This document shows positions 1 to 9,525 of a DNA stretch of 64,000 nucleotides, in pieces; within the stretch, counting starts at the first letter, position 1, and every line of letters starts with the position of its first letter. This DNA is from an uncultured Candidatus Rokubacteria bacterium (lineage in GTDB: Bacteria > Methylomirabilota > Methylomirabilia > Rokubacteriales > CSP1-6), in assembly GCA_963762145.1 (NCBI GenBank), contig CAVXJS010000011.1, positions 192,001-256,000 of the forward strand, given 5' to 3'. The notes under the pieces are model-generated. The model was not told the origin of the DNA. It worked only from the letters and a program-made list of their open reading frames with translations, and made no database searches. A program made the translations under genes and the position numbers.

Positions 1-2
1 CG

Positions 3-647
3 TTCACCGAATCGCTGTTCGCCCACTTCGGCATGGCGACGGGCGGGCTCCGGGGTCGGCAGCGGGTCGAGGATCAGGGCTTCGTCTTCTATGCCGGGCT
101 GCTCGCCCAGCAGCCCCGCTCCGCGAGCGCGCTCGAGGGGATGATCGCCGACTACCTCGCGGTGCCGACCAAGGTCGGGCAGTTCGCCGGGCAGTGGCTG
201 CCGCTGGTGGAGGAGAACCGGTCGCGCGTCGGGCGAGCCGGCCGGCCCGGAGAGGATGATCGCGGGGCCCACAATGTCCTGGGACGTACCGCGGTCCTCG
301 GCAAGCGGTTCTGGGACCAGCAGGCCGGGTTCCGGCTGCGCCTGGGTCCCATGGGCTATGCCGAGTTCCTGGAGCTCCTGCCCCTGGGCTCTCGATTCCG
401 GGTGCTCGTGCAGATGACCCGCTTCTTCGTGAGCCAGGGGCTCGACTTCGACGTGCAGCTCGTCCTGAAGGGCGAGGACGTTCCCGTGTGCCGGCTGGGC
501 GACCGGGGGCCGGGCGCTCCCCGCCTCGGCTGGTCCACCTGGCTCGGGGGAGGCGTGCGCGCGCGAGATGTCGACGACACCGTCCTGGGCCACCGCTGGA
601 CTCGTGGCGTGCTACCCGATCGTGAATCCGTGAGGAGAGCCGCATGA
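3..647 (+). CDS. tssG: T6SS baseplate subunit TssG (5'-truncated by window edge)
   Basis: Motifs FYAGLL..QPRSA, GQW, LG...WDQQAGFRLRLGP, DFDVQLVL, LGWSTWL; frame open to window start; ATGA overlap with clpV. Confidence 0.9.
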   Translation, partial: FTESLFAHFGMATGGLRGRQRVEDQGFVFYAGLLAQQPRSASALEGMIADYLAVPTKVGQFAGQWLPLVEENRSRVGRAGRPGEDDRGAHNVLGRTAVLGKRFWDQQAGFRLRLGPMGYAEFLELLPLGSRFRVLVQMTRFFVSQGLDFDVQLVLKGEDVPVCRLGDRGPGAPRLGWSTWLGGGVRARDVDDTVLGHRWTRGVLPDRESVRRAA

Positions 648-3317
648 ACGTCACCCTGAAAGCCCTGGTCGCGAAGCTGAACGACACCTGCCGCGCCGCC
701 CTCGAGGGCGCCGCCGGACTGTGTCTGACCCGGACCCACTACGACGTCGACGTCGAGCATTTCCTCGTGAAGCTCTGCGAGGCGCCGAACGCGGACACCA
801 CGCGCATCATCAAGCACTACGGCGTGGATCCGGGCAAGCTCGCGACGGGTCTCAATCGAGCCCTCGACCGGCTGAAGACCGGGAATGCCCGCACCCCCAC
901 GCTGGCGCCGCGGATCACGCGCTGGCTCAGCGAGGCGTGGACGCTGGCGTCCGTGGAGCTGGGGGCCTCGTCGCTGCGCTCCGGGCATCTGCTCCTGGCG
1001 CTGCTCTCCGAGCCGGACCTCGCCCGCCTGGCCGCGGAGTCGAGCCCCGAGCTCGCCAAGATCTCGGTCGAGGACCTGACCAAGCGCTTCGGGGAGCTGA
1101 CCGCCGGGTCGGCCGAGGACGCCTACCAGGCGCCCAGCGTGGTGGACGGGGCGCCGGCCGGGACGGCCGGCGGGAAGACGCCCGCGCTCGACCAGTACAC
1201 CGTCGACCTCACCGCGCGGGCCCGCCAGGGCGAGATCGACCCGGTGCTGGGGCGGGATTTCGAGATCCGGCAGCTCGTCGACATCCTCACACGCCGGCGG
1301 CAGAACAATCCCATCCTCACCGGTGAGGCCGGCGTCGGGCAAGACCGCGGTGGTGGAGGGCCTCGCGCTCCGCATCGCGGCGGGCGACGTGCCGCCGCCC
1401 CTGCCGCCACGGTCGCGCTGCGCACGCTGGACCTGGCGCTGCTCCAGGCCGGCGCCGGCGTGAAGGGCGAGTTCGAGAACCGGCTCAAGTCCGTCATCGC
1501 CGAGGTGAAGGCCTCGCCGCAGCCGATCATCCTGTTCATCGACGAGGCCCACACCATGATCGGCGCGGGCGGCCAGGCCGGGCAGGGCGACGCGGCCAAC
1601 CTGCTCAAGCCGGCGCTGGCGCGCGGCGAGCTGCGCACGATCGCGGCCACCACCTGGTCCGAGTACAAGAAGTACTTCGAGAAGGATCCCGCGCTCGCGC
1701 GGCGGTTCCAGGTCGTGAAGGTGGAGGAGCCGGCGGAAGCCCAGGCGGTCGGGATGATGCGCGGGCTCGTCGCCATGCTCGAGCAGCACCACAACGTCCG
1801 CATCCTCGACGAGGCGGTCGAGGAGGCGGTGCGGCTGTCGCATCGCTACATCTCCGGGCCGGCAGCTTCCCGACAAGGCCGTGAGCGTGCTCGACACCGC
1901 GTGCGCCCGTGTCGCCCTGGGCAGGTTTCGACACCACCCGCCCTCGAGGATTGCCAGCGCCTGATCGCGCGGATCGAGACCGAGATGACCATTCTCGAGC
2001 GCGAGGCGATCACCGGAGGCGAGAGCCGGGAGCGTCGGGACGAGCTGTCCAAGCAGAGCACGGAGGCGAAGACGCGGCTCTCCGAGCTCGAGGCGCGATG
2101 GCAGCAGGAGCGGCGCCTGATCGAGGAGCTGCGGGGCATCCGGACCAAGCTCGAGGCCCACGCCACGGCGGCGAAGGTGGATGCCGGCCTCGGCCCCGGT
2201 CGAGGGGCGGCTATCCGATGAGGAGCTGGCCAAGCTCCAGGCCGACCTGCCGCGGCTCAACAAGGAGCTGGCCACCGTCCAGGGCGAGGCTCCGCTCATG
2301 CAGGTGTGCGTGGACGGCCAGGCGGTGGCGGAGGTCGTCTCCGGCTGGACCGGCATCCCGGTCGGCAAGATGGTCAAGGACGAGATCCAGACCGTGCTCT
2401 CCATCAAGGACCTGATGGAGCGGCGGATCATCGGCCAGGCGCATGCCCTCGAGGCGATCGGCCGGCGGATCCAGACCGCGAAGGCCAAGCTGGAGGATCC
2501 CCGGCGTCCCCGGCGGTGTTCCTCCTCGTGGGGCCGAGCGGGGTCGGCAAGACCGAGACCGCGCCACACCCTGGCCGACCTCCTCTACGGCGGCGATCGC
2601 AACATGGTCGTCATCAACATGTCCGAGTACCAGGAAGGCCACACCGTCTCGCGCCTCAAGGGCTCGCCGCCCGGCTACGTGGGCTACGGCGAGGGCGGCG
2701 TGCTCACCGAGGCGGTCCGGCGGCGGCCGTACAGCGTCGTCCTCCTCGACGAGATCGAGAAGGCGCACTCGGACGTGATCGAGCTCTTCTACCAGGTCTT
2801 CGACAAGGGCACGCTGGAGGACGGCGAAGGCCGGGAGATCGACTTCAAGAACACGGTCATCATCATGACCTCCAACGTGGCCACCGACCTGGTCATGAAG
2901 CTGTGCGCGGACCCGGCGCGGACGCCGGACCCGGACGAGCTGATCGAGAAGATGCGGCCCGCGCTCCTGCGCGCCTTCAAGCCCGCCTTCCTGGGCCGGG
3001 CGATCGTGGTCCCGTACTACCCCATCGGCGACGAGGCCATGCGGCGGATCATCGAGCTCCAGCTCGGCCGCATCCGTACCCGCCTGCAGGAGAACAACCG
3101 GGTGCGCTTCACCTACGACGACGCGCTCGTCGCCGAGATCGCGCGCCGGTGCACCGAGGTGGAGTCGGGCGCGCGCAACGTGGACCACATCCTGACCCGC
3201 ACGCTGCTGCCCGAGATCTCCCGGGAGTACCTTTCCCGCATGGCCTCGGAGGCCAGCATCTCCCGGGTCCACGTGAGCGTGGACGAGGGCGGTCGTTTCG
3301 GCTACCAGATCGACTGA
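644..3317 (+). CDS. tssH: T6SS AAA+ ATPase TssH/ClpV, several apparent indels
   Basis: ClpV N-domain, RRRQNNPILTGEAGVG, LFIDEAHT, GPSGVGKTET, LKGSPPGYVGYGEGGVLTEAVRRRPYS, ESGARNVDHIL; pieces in alternate frames with shifts near 1340, 1400, 1860, 1920, 2180, 2515, 2565. Confidence 0.93.
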
Positions 3318-5233
3318 TGGCGAAATACATCCAGGCGAACCGGCCGATCTCGGTCACCACCCCGCTGGGCCCGGACGTGGTCCTCCTCACCGGGGTGCGG
3401 GGGGAGGAAGGCCTGTCGCGCCTGTTCCGGTTCGAGCTGGAGCTGATCGCGGAGGATCCGCTGAAGGTCGTCTTCGACAAGCTGCTCAGCGGTCGGGTGA
3501 CCGTGCTCCTCAAGCTCGACGACAAGCGCGAGCGCTACTGGAGCGGGATCTGCAGCCAGATCGGCGAGGTGGGGCGCGACGTGAGCTTCACGCACTACCG
3601 CCTCGAGATGGTGCCGCAGCTCTGGCTCCTGACCCGGCGGGCCCAGAGCCGCATCTTCCAGAACCTGAGCGTGCCCGACATCCTGCGCAAGGTCCTCACC
3701 GGCCTCGACGTGACGTGGGAGATCCAGGGCACCTTCCATCCGCGCGACTACTGCGTGCAGTATCGCGAGACCGACTTCAACTTCGCCTCCCGGCTGATGG
3801 AGGAAGAAGGGATCTACTACTTCTTCAAGCACGGCAAGGACGAGCACAAGATGGTGGTGGCCAACACCCCCACGAGCCATCCCGACATGCCCCTGGGGAG
3901 CCGGATCATCTTCGACGAGACGGTCCGCGACCGGCTGGACGACTTGCGGATCAGGAGCTGGCACAAGAACCAGTCGCTGACGTCCGGAAAGGTCACGCTG
4001 TGGGATCACTCCTTCGAGCTCCCGCACAAGCACCTGGAAGGGGTGGGCACGATCCAGGACACGGTGGCCGCGGGCAAGGTGGTCCACAAGCTGAAGGTCG
4101 GAAACAACGAGCAGCTCGAGCTCTACGACTTTCCCGGCGAGTACGCCCAGCGCTTCGACGGGGTGGACCGCGGCGGCGCGGACCGGCCGGCGGATCTGGA
4201 GAAGATCTTCGAGGACAACTCGCGCACCGCGAAGATCCGGATCCAGGAGGAGGCGGCGGGCGGGCTCATCGTCTCCGGCTCGGGCCTGTGCCGGAACTTC
4301 GTGAGCGGCCACAAGTTCACGCTGGAGCGCCACTACGACGGCGACGGCGTGTACGTACTGACGAGCATCCAGCACCGGATCACGATGGCGAGCGCCGACT
4401 ATCGCTCCGGCTCCGACGGCCAGTTCGAGTACGGAAACGCGTTCACCTGCATTCCCTTCGCGCTGCCGTACCGGCCGCCGCGGTCGACCCCGAAGCCGGT
4501 GGTGCCGGGGCCGCAGACCGCGGTGGTGGTGGGGCCGTCGGGCGAGGAGATCTACCCCGACAAGTACGGGCGGGTGAAGGTTCAGTTCCACTGGGACCGG
4601 GAGGGCAAGGCCGACGCGGAGAGCTCCTGCTGGATCCGGGTGACCCAGAGCCACGCCGGCAAGGGCTGGGGCTCGATCTTCATCCCCCGGATCGGCCAGG
4701 AGGTCCTGGTGGCCTTCGAGGAGGGCGACCCGGACCAGCCGGTCATCGTCGGATCGCTCTACAACGCCCAGGAGATGCCGCCCTACCGCCTGCCCGACGA
4801 GAAGACCAAGACCGTCCTGTTCAAGTCGAACACCAGCAAGGACGGCGGCGGCCACAACGAGATCCGATTCGAGGACAGCGCGGGATCCGAGCAGATCTAC
4901 ATCCACGGCGAGAAGGATCTCGACGTGCGAATCAAGGACGCGGTGCGGGAGTCGATCGGGGGTAATCAGCACCTCACCGTCGAGGGTACCCTCAACGAGG
5001 AGGTCAACCAGAGCTGGTACCAGAAGACCACGATGAGCATCGTCATCGAGTCCGGCATGGAGCTGACCATCAAGTCGTCCGGCGGCTTCATCAAGATCGA
5101 TCCGAGCGGCGTGACGATCATGGGCACCATGGTCCGCATCAACAGCGGCGGAGCGCCGGGGATGATCCCGATCGGACCCGACGGCGCCGACGACAGCGAC
5201 CCGGGCGCGGTCGATCCGCCGCTCAACCCCTGA
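3317..5233 (+). CDS. vgrG: T6SS spike protein VgrG (638 aa, no C-terminal toxin extension)
   Basis: ATG at 3317 overlaps clpV TGA; YCVQYRETDFNFASRLMEEEGIYYFF, GPQTAVVVGPSGEEIYPDKYGRVKVQFHWDR, IPRIGQEVLVAFEEGDPDQP. Confidence 0.96.
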   Translation: MAKYIQANRPISVTTPLGPDVVLLTGVRGEEGLSRLFRFELELIAEDPLKVVFDKLLSGRVTVLLKLDDKRERYWSGICSQIGEVGRDVSFTHYRLEMVPQLWLLTRRAQSRIFQNLSVPDILRKVLTGLDVTWEIQGTFHPRDYCVQYRETDFNFASRLMEEEGIYYFFKHGKDEHKMVVANTPTSHPDMPLGSRIIFDETVRDRLDDLRIRSWHKNQSLTSGKVTLWDHSFELPHKHLEGVGTIQDTVAAGKVVHKLKVGNNEQLELYDFPGEYAQRFDGVDRGGADRPADLEKIFEDNSRTAKIRIQEEAAGGLIVSGSGLCRNFVSGHKFTLERHYDGDGVYVLTSIQHRITMASADYRSGSDGQFEYGNAFTCIPFALPYRPPRSTPKPVVPGPQTAVVVGPSGEEIYPDKYGRVKVQFHWDREGKADAESSCWIRVTQSHAGKGWGSIFIPRIGQEVLVAFEEGDPDQPVIVGSLYNAQEMPPYRLPDEKTKTVLFKSNTSKDGGGHNEIRFEDSAGSEQIYIHGEKDLDVRIKDAVRESIGGNQHLTVEGTLNEEVNQSWYQKTTMSIVIESGMELTIKSSGGFIKIDPSGVTIMGTMVRINSGGAPGMIPIGPDGADDSDPGAVDPPLNP

Positions 5234-5259
5234 TCGTCCGGCGCGACCGCTCGGCGCCG

Positions 5260-5781
5260 CTAGAGCTGCTGGGTATACTTCTTGCCGCGCCCGGCCAGGC
5301 CGTCCTTCATGAGGCCGATGTCCCGGTCGTTCAGGTCGGGCCCCACCGGGCTCTCCGCGAGGCCGCCGTGCCCTCTCAGGTCGTCTTCGGTGAACAGCGG
5401 GTGGGCATTGTGCAGGCCCTCGTGGAAGGCGAGCTTCGCGTACTGCAGGCCGGACAGCGTGCGGGTCGAGCCCCGGATGGTGACCGTCTTGTAGAACTCG
5501 GAGCAGATCACGTTGTCGCGCAGGGTGGTATGGCCACCGACCAGCGGGTTGATCTTGGGCGGGCGCTTCATCTTCTGCACGATGTAGGAGCCCGCCACGT
5601 CCGCGACGAAGTGCAGCACGAGCGCGTCGGAGGTTCCGGCCTTGCCCCAGCCGACGGTGGCGCTGTGGTCGCTGTCCGCGAAGACCCGGTCGAAGTAGTC
5701 TTTCAGCGAGGCGCCGATCTCACTGGTGATCTTGGTGTCCGATCCGGTATGGTCGACGAGCTTGATGGCGTAGACGGTCAT
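5260..5781 (-). CDS. Small putative zincin metallopeptidase (HEGLH)
   Basis: 173 aa, normal amino-acid composition, RBS-like GGAGG upstream, HExxH motif at 5410-5424, no signal peptide. Confidence 0.6.
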   Translation of the reverse strand: MTVYAIKLVDHTGSDTKITSEIGASLKDYFDRVFADSDHSATVGWGKAGTSDALVLHFVADVAGSYIVQKMKRPPKINPLVGGHTTLRDNVICSEFYKTVTIRGSTRTLSGLQYAKLAFHEGLHNAHPLFTEDDLRGHGGLAESPVGPDLNDRDIGLMKDGLAGRGKKYTQQL

Positions 5782-5821
5782 CGGGAGCCTCCGAGTTCGT
5801 AGTTGTGGCCGGCCCCGCCCA

Positions 5822-7324
5822 TCAGGACACCAGAAGGGCGAGGCGGGCGACCTCGATCACCTTCCGGTCGAGGGCCGCCGCGGTCACCTCGACGGGCGCC
5901 ACCTGCGCTTCCAGGTCGCGACGGAGCATGTCCGGGGTGCGGGTCCCATCCATGAGCATCAGCAAGCGGCGGCCGATATCGTCCTCGATGTGCACGCTGG
6001 TGTGGCGCAGGGACGCCACGAAGGCGCCGCGCTCGAGCTGCAGGCGGGCCACCGGGCTCGCCGTCGGCCGGGGTCCCGGTTCCAGCGCGAAACGCGGGGC
6101 CTGGGTGGCGAGCTCCACCAGCCCGGCGGTGTAGGCGGCGAGGAGGATGTCGAGGAGCGCCCCGCTCTCGTCGCCGGTCCCGTTTCCCGAGACGGGTCCG
6201 CGGAGCTCGTCGAACCTGAGCGGCCGGGGCCAGGCGTCGCCGAGATGGAGCATCGCGGACTTGGCGAGCGGGTGGTTGGTCGCCAGGCTGGCGTTGCCCC
6301 GCCCCCGGAACTCCACCACGACACCCGGGGCGTCGACGTCGGGGCGCTCGACCGCGGGCCGGGCCGAGGACGCAACGTGAAGATCGCGCAAGGCCTCGCG
6401 CCGCAGCCGCCGGTCGAGCGCCACCTCCTCGCGGCACAGAAGCGTCTGTCGGAACCGACGATTCCGGAGAAAATCGAGGTATTGCTCCTTCTGGATCACG
6501 CTCCGGTCGGCCAGCTGCCAGATCTGTCGGGCAACCTCGGCCGGGTACGTCTCGGGCTGCATCTCGTGGACGCTCGCCTCCGCGAGGAACTGCAGGCGGT
6601 GCCGGCGAGCGTGCGCGGCGAACTCGCGGAAGTACACCGGCTCGTTGGTGGCCGCGAGGTCGTCGTGGAAGAGGAGGCTCGGGGAGTGGTCGAGCACCGC
6701 GCGCATCTCGTCCGCGAGCACCGCCGCGTCGCTGCCCGCGGCCTGCGGGCAGTCCGCCATGAAGCGGGCGAGGGCGCGGGCCTGGGCGATCTGCTCTTTC
6801 GGATCGGCGATGTCCGCGACGTGGAACCGGAGGATCTGCCACACCGCCTGGCGCAGATGGCAACCGGGATAGGTGTTGTAGCTGACGAACGCCACCCCGT
6901 GAGGCGCCAGGTGCGCCGCGCAGATGGCGAGGATCCGGTCGCGCACCGGCTCGGGCACCCACGAGTAGATACCCGGCGCGATGATGTAGTCGAAGGTCCC
7001 GAGGGAGCCGGGGAGGTCCATGATGTCGAGCCGGTGCAGCACCACGTTCCGGAGGCCGAGCGCCGAGATCGCGTCGGCCCCGACGCCCACCGCGGTGGCC
7101 GCGAGGTCGACGCCGACGAATTCGCTGTCGGGGAGACCGTAGGCCATCGGGATCAGGTTGCTGCCGTCGCCGCAGCCCAGCTCCAGCACGCGGCACCGAT
7201 CGATCGGTCGGGGGGACATTCCGTGCAGCAGGGCGATCGTGGCCAGCCGATCGGGATGGGTCTGCGGCATGGGCTGCGTCCAGTACGCGAGCCGATCGTA
7301 GGCACTCGGAGACGGCGTGGCCAT
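5822..7324 (-). CDS. Class I SAM-dependent methyltransferase with methyltransferase regulatory domain and C-terminal wHTH/PqqD-like domain (PKMT-like architecture)
   Basis: QTHPDRL, VLELGCGDGSNL, GIYSWVP, FVSYNTYPG, HDDL..NEPVYF, EQYLDFLRNRRFRQTLLC, C-terminal LMDGTRT helix bundle. Confidence 0.85.
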   Translation of the reverse strand: MATPSPSAYDRLAYWTQPMPQTHPDRLATIALLHGMSPRPIDRCRVLELGCGDGSNLIPMAYGLPDSEFVGVDLAATAVGVGADAISALGLRNVVLHRLDIMDLPGSLGTFDYIIAPGIYSWVPEPVRDRILAICAAHLAPHGVAFVSYNTYPGCHLRQAVWQILRFHVADIADPKEQIAQARALARFMADCPQAAGSDAAVLADEMRAVLDHSPSLLFHDDLAATNEPVYFREFAAHARRHRLQFLAEASVHEMQPETYPAEVARQIWQLADRSVIQKEQYLDFLRNRRFRQTLLCREEVALDRRLRREALRDLHVASSARPAVERPDVDAPGVVVEFRGRGNASLATNHPLAKSAMLHLGDAWPRPLRFDELRGPVSGNGTGDESGALLDILLAAYTAGLVELATQAPRFALEPGPRPTASPVARLQLERGAFVASLRHTSVHIEDDIGRRLLMLMDGTRTPDMLRRDLEAQVAPVEVTAAALDRKVIEVARLALLVS

Positions 7325-7364
7325 GGCGCGGTCGTTCCGGGGCTAGACTAGCACGCGAGAGCGC

Positions 7365-8030
7365 ATGCCAACCAGTGAGCCGGCCGCCATTCGATCCGTC
7401 GCGGTCTGGATCAACGTGTTCGTCCCCTTCGACCTGCCCGGCACGACGGTCCGGATGCGCCGGGGACCCCACGCCGGCCGCTCGGCCCTCGACGTCGGCT
7501 CGGCCCTCCTGTTGACGGACCAGCGCGCGTTCTCCCGTGATCCACGTGCGGCCTCGCGGATGCACTCGCACGTGAGGATCGACCTCTCGGCGGGCGAGCC
7601 GGTCGTCACGATCCGCCATCGGGTCGACCCGGCGACCGCGTGCCATCGCCGGACCGGTGATGTCGTGCGCCAGTCCCGGCCGAGCGGACGTGGAATGACC
7701 GCCCAGGTCACCTCACGAGATCCGGTCGTGGTCTCGCTCGACTGCGTGGCGGGCGTCCCGATCCCGGATGTGCCGCCCGCCCTGCGCGAGCTCGCTTACC
7801 GGGGGACGATCACCTACCGGCTGGCCGAGCGACTGCTCGCGGTCGACCTCATGGTGGGCATGTTTCCCGCCACCGAAGGCTATGGATCGGTCAACGACGG
7901 GAACGGGATCATCATGTTCCGCCAGGCGTCACTGCCGATCGCGGCCGGCCAAGCTCCGGTCGGGGCGCTCCGCCGCATCCGGAGCAACTTCAGCGACGGA
8001 GACGGCAGCGGGTTCTTCCCGGACGTCTGA
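7365..8030 (+). CDS. Hypothetical protein, DUF3238-like
   Basis: 221 aa; spaced motifs FVP...TDQRAFS...SRMHS...FPATEGY recall DUF3238 proteins (recognition from memory, unverified). Confidence 0.45.
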   Translation: MPTSEPAAIRSVAVWINVFVPFDLPGTTVRMRRGPHAGRSALDVGSALLLTDQRAFSRDPRAASRMHSHVRIDLSAGEPVVTIRHRVDPATACHRRTGDVVRQSRPSGRGMTAQVTSRDPVVVSLDCVAGVPIPDVPPALRELAYRGTITYRLAERLLAVDLMVGMFPATEGYGSVNDGNGIIMFRQASLPIAAGQAPVGALRRIRSNFSDGDGSGFFPDV

Positions 8031-8040
8031 CGCGATCGGC

Positions 8041-9525
8041 TCAGGGCCTGGGCTCGAACCCCGGGATCCAGAGGAAACCTCCCGAGACGAGCTGGCCGAG
8101 GACCCGGGCGAAATCGAGCGGGCCGATCTGTTCCGGGAACGCACCGGCCTCCTTCAAGCTGGCGAAGTGCTCGCGGGCGGACACGCGGCCGTCGCTGCGA
8201 GCGATGAGCGCCCCCATCCACGGCGCGGCCCGCGCGTCGGTGGCGAACGGATGATCGGTTTGCATCCGGTAAGCGACCGGAGAGAGCTCACCGTCCACCA
8301 TTCGATGGGTGACCACGAGCTCGACGGTCGGTGGGGCGACGGGCCGCGCGTCGAGCAGCCAGTCGAAGCCGCGGCTCGCCAGCTCCGTCTCCCAGCGCAG
8401 GAGCCATGGCAGCGCCGCCTCGCCGACCGTCGAGCGCTGGCGTCGGAGGGTGAACCCTCCGCGTGACGAGCGGTGCCGCTGGACCACGATCGCCCCGTAG
8501 ACGAACTCACGGATCCGGAGGCTCTTGAACGCCTCCTCGAGCCGCACCGCGCCCGCCGCGCCCTGCGCCGACTTGAGCGCCACGCTCCGGGCGAGGAAGC
8601 CGACACTGATGGTTTGCCGAGCGAGGAAGGCGACGTCGAACTCGGCGTCGTCGGGCCCGAGCCACTGGCGCACCCTCCGCTCGAACGGCACGTCCTCGGC
8701 GTCGACGCCGACGGTGAGGCAGTAGAAGCGGCCGCCCGGGTTCAGGTGAGGCGCGAGCCCGGACACCGCCCGCCGGGTGATGTCCTGGCCGTCCAGGCCC
8801 GCGTCCTGGTAGATGAGGGTCTGGTGGAGCGCGGGCACATACGGTGGATGGATGACGATCCGGTCGAACCGGAGGTCGTGGACCGGCGCGTACAGGTCGC
8901 CCTGCAACACGGTCACGTTGTCCACCGCGTTCAGGCGCTGGTTGAACTGAGCGAAGCGCGCGGCCCGCTCCGTGATGTCGACGGCCCACACGTGCGTGGC
9001 TGACCCGGCCGCGACCAGGGCCGCCACCCCGGCTCCGGTTCCGAGATCCAGGAGGGCCTCGCACGGCTCGGCCGGCAGGAGCTCGAGGAACCGTTCGGTG
9101 TCCTCGGTCAGCGCCGAGAACACGATGTCCTGCATGCGCTCCAGGGGCGAGCCGTCGACGTTTCGAGACCGGTCGGATGCGAAGTAGCGTCCCCGGCGCG
9201 GATAGAGCATCACGGTTCCCGCCCAGAGCCTCTGGTTGTGGGTGCTCGGGGCCAGCAGGCCCAGCGCGGCCAGCGTCTCGAGTGCGCCCGGCGGCAGCAA
9301 CGACTCGATCTGCTCGCGGGTCGCGTAGAGGCCGTCGACGAACAGCTGGGTCATGAGCTCCAGCCTGTCCTCGACCGAGGCCGGTGTTCGACGCGACAGC
9401 CGGGAGAGGACGTCGAGGTCATAGTGGGCGCGCAGGGCATCCTCCGTGTAGGCCGTGTCCTCCAGCAGCTGCCGGCACGCGGCGAACTGCTCGGCCGTTC
9501 CGAAGCGCAGCGGCAGCGACGTCAG
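8041..9525 (-). CDS. HemK/PrmC-like SAM methyltransferase with C-terminal wHTH/PqqD-like domain; start probably CTG
   Basis: LLDLGTGAGVAAL, VDITERA, GDLYAPV...FDRIVIHPPYVP (NPPY-like), C-terminal RSDGRVS...LGQLVSGGFL; the N-terminal part of the 760-aa ORF lies in another frame of the upstream gene. Confidence 0.82.
   Translation of the reverse strand: MTSLPLRFGTAEQFAACRQLLEDTAYTEDALRAHYDLDVLSRLSRRTPASVEDRLELMTQLFVDGLYATREQIESLLPPGALETLAALGLLAPSTHNQRLWAGTVMLYPRRGRYFASDRSRNVDGSPLERMQDIVFSALTEDTERFLELLPAEPCEALLDLGTGAGVAALVAAGSATHVWAVDITERAARFAQFNQRLNAVDNVTVLQGDLYAPVHDLRFDRIVIHPPYVPALHQTLIYQDAGLDGQDITRRAVSGLAPHLNPGGRFYCLTVGVDAEDVPFERRVRQWLGPDDAEFDVAFLARQTISVGFLARSVALKSAQGAAGAVRLEEAFKSLRIREFVYGAIVVQRHRSSRGGFTLRRQRSTVGEAALPWLLRWETELASRGFDWLLDARPVAPPTVELVVTHRMVDGELSPVAYRMQTDHPFATDARAAPWMGALIARSDGRVSAREHFASLKEAGAFPEQIGPLDFARVLGQLVSGGFLWIPGFEPRP

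Noticed and set aside
356-2569. 737-aa minus-strand ORF, and similar long antisense ORFs such as 3302..4972, 36449..39871 and 46644..48890
   Set aside because: Shadow ORFs opposite well-supported genes; expected at high GC with strong codon bias
644-3317. clpV (and tauD, tctC, soxZ, MFS, acyl-CoA dehydrogenase) as pseudogenes or programmed frameshifts
   Set aside because: Single-base indels in G/C runs occur throughout unrelated genes and often compensate, with no accumulation of in-frame stops; sequencing error is the simplest explanation
2306-5233. 975-aa VgrG with an N-terminal extension, or an evolved VgrG
   Set aside because: The real start is ATG 3317 overlapping the clpV stop; the C-terminus is only a short acidic/Pro tail with no toxin domain
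5822-9525. RiPP cluster suggested by the PqqD-like domains
   Set aside because: No short precursor ORF, radical SAM/YcaO/lanthipeptide enzyme or peptide exporter found nearby; kept only as a protein-substrate hypothesis
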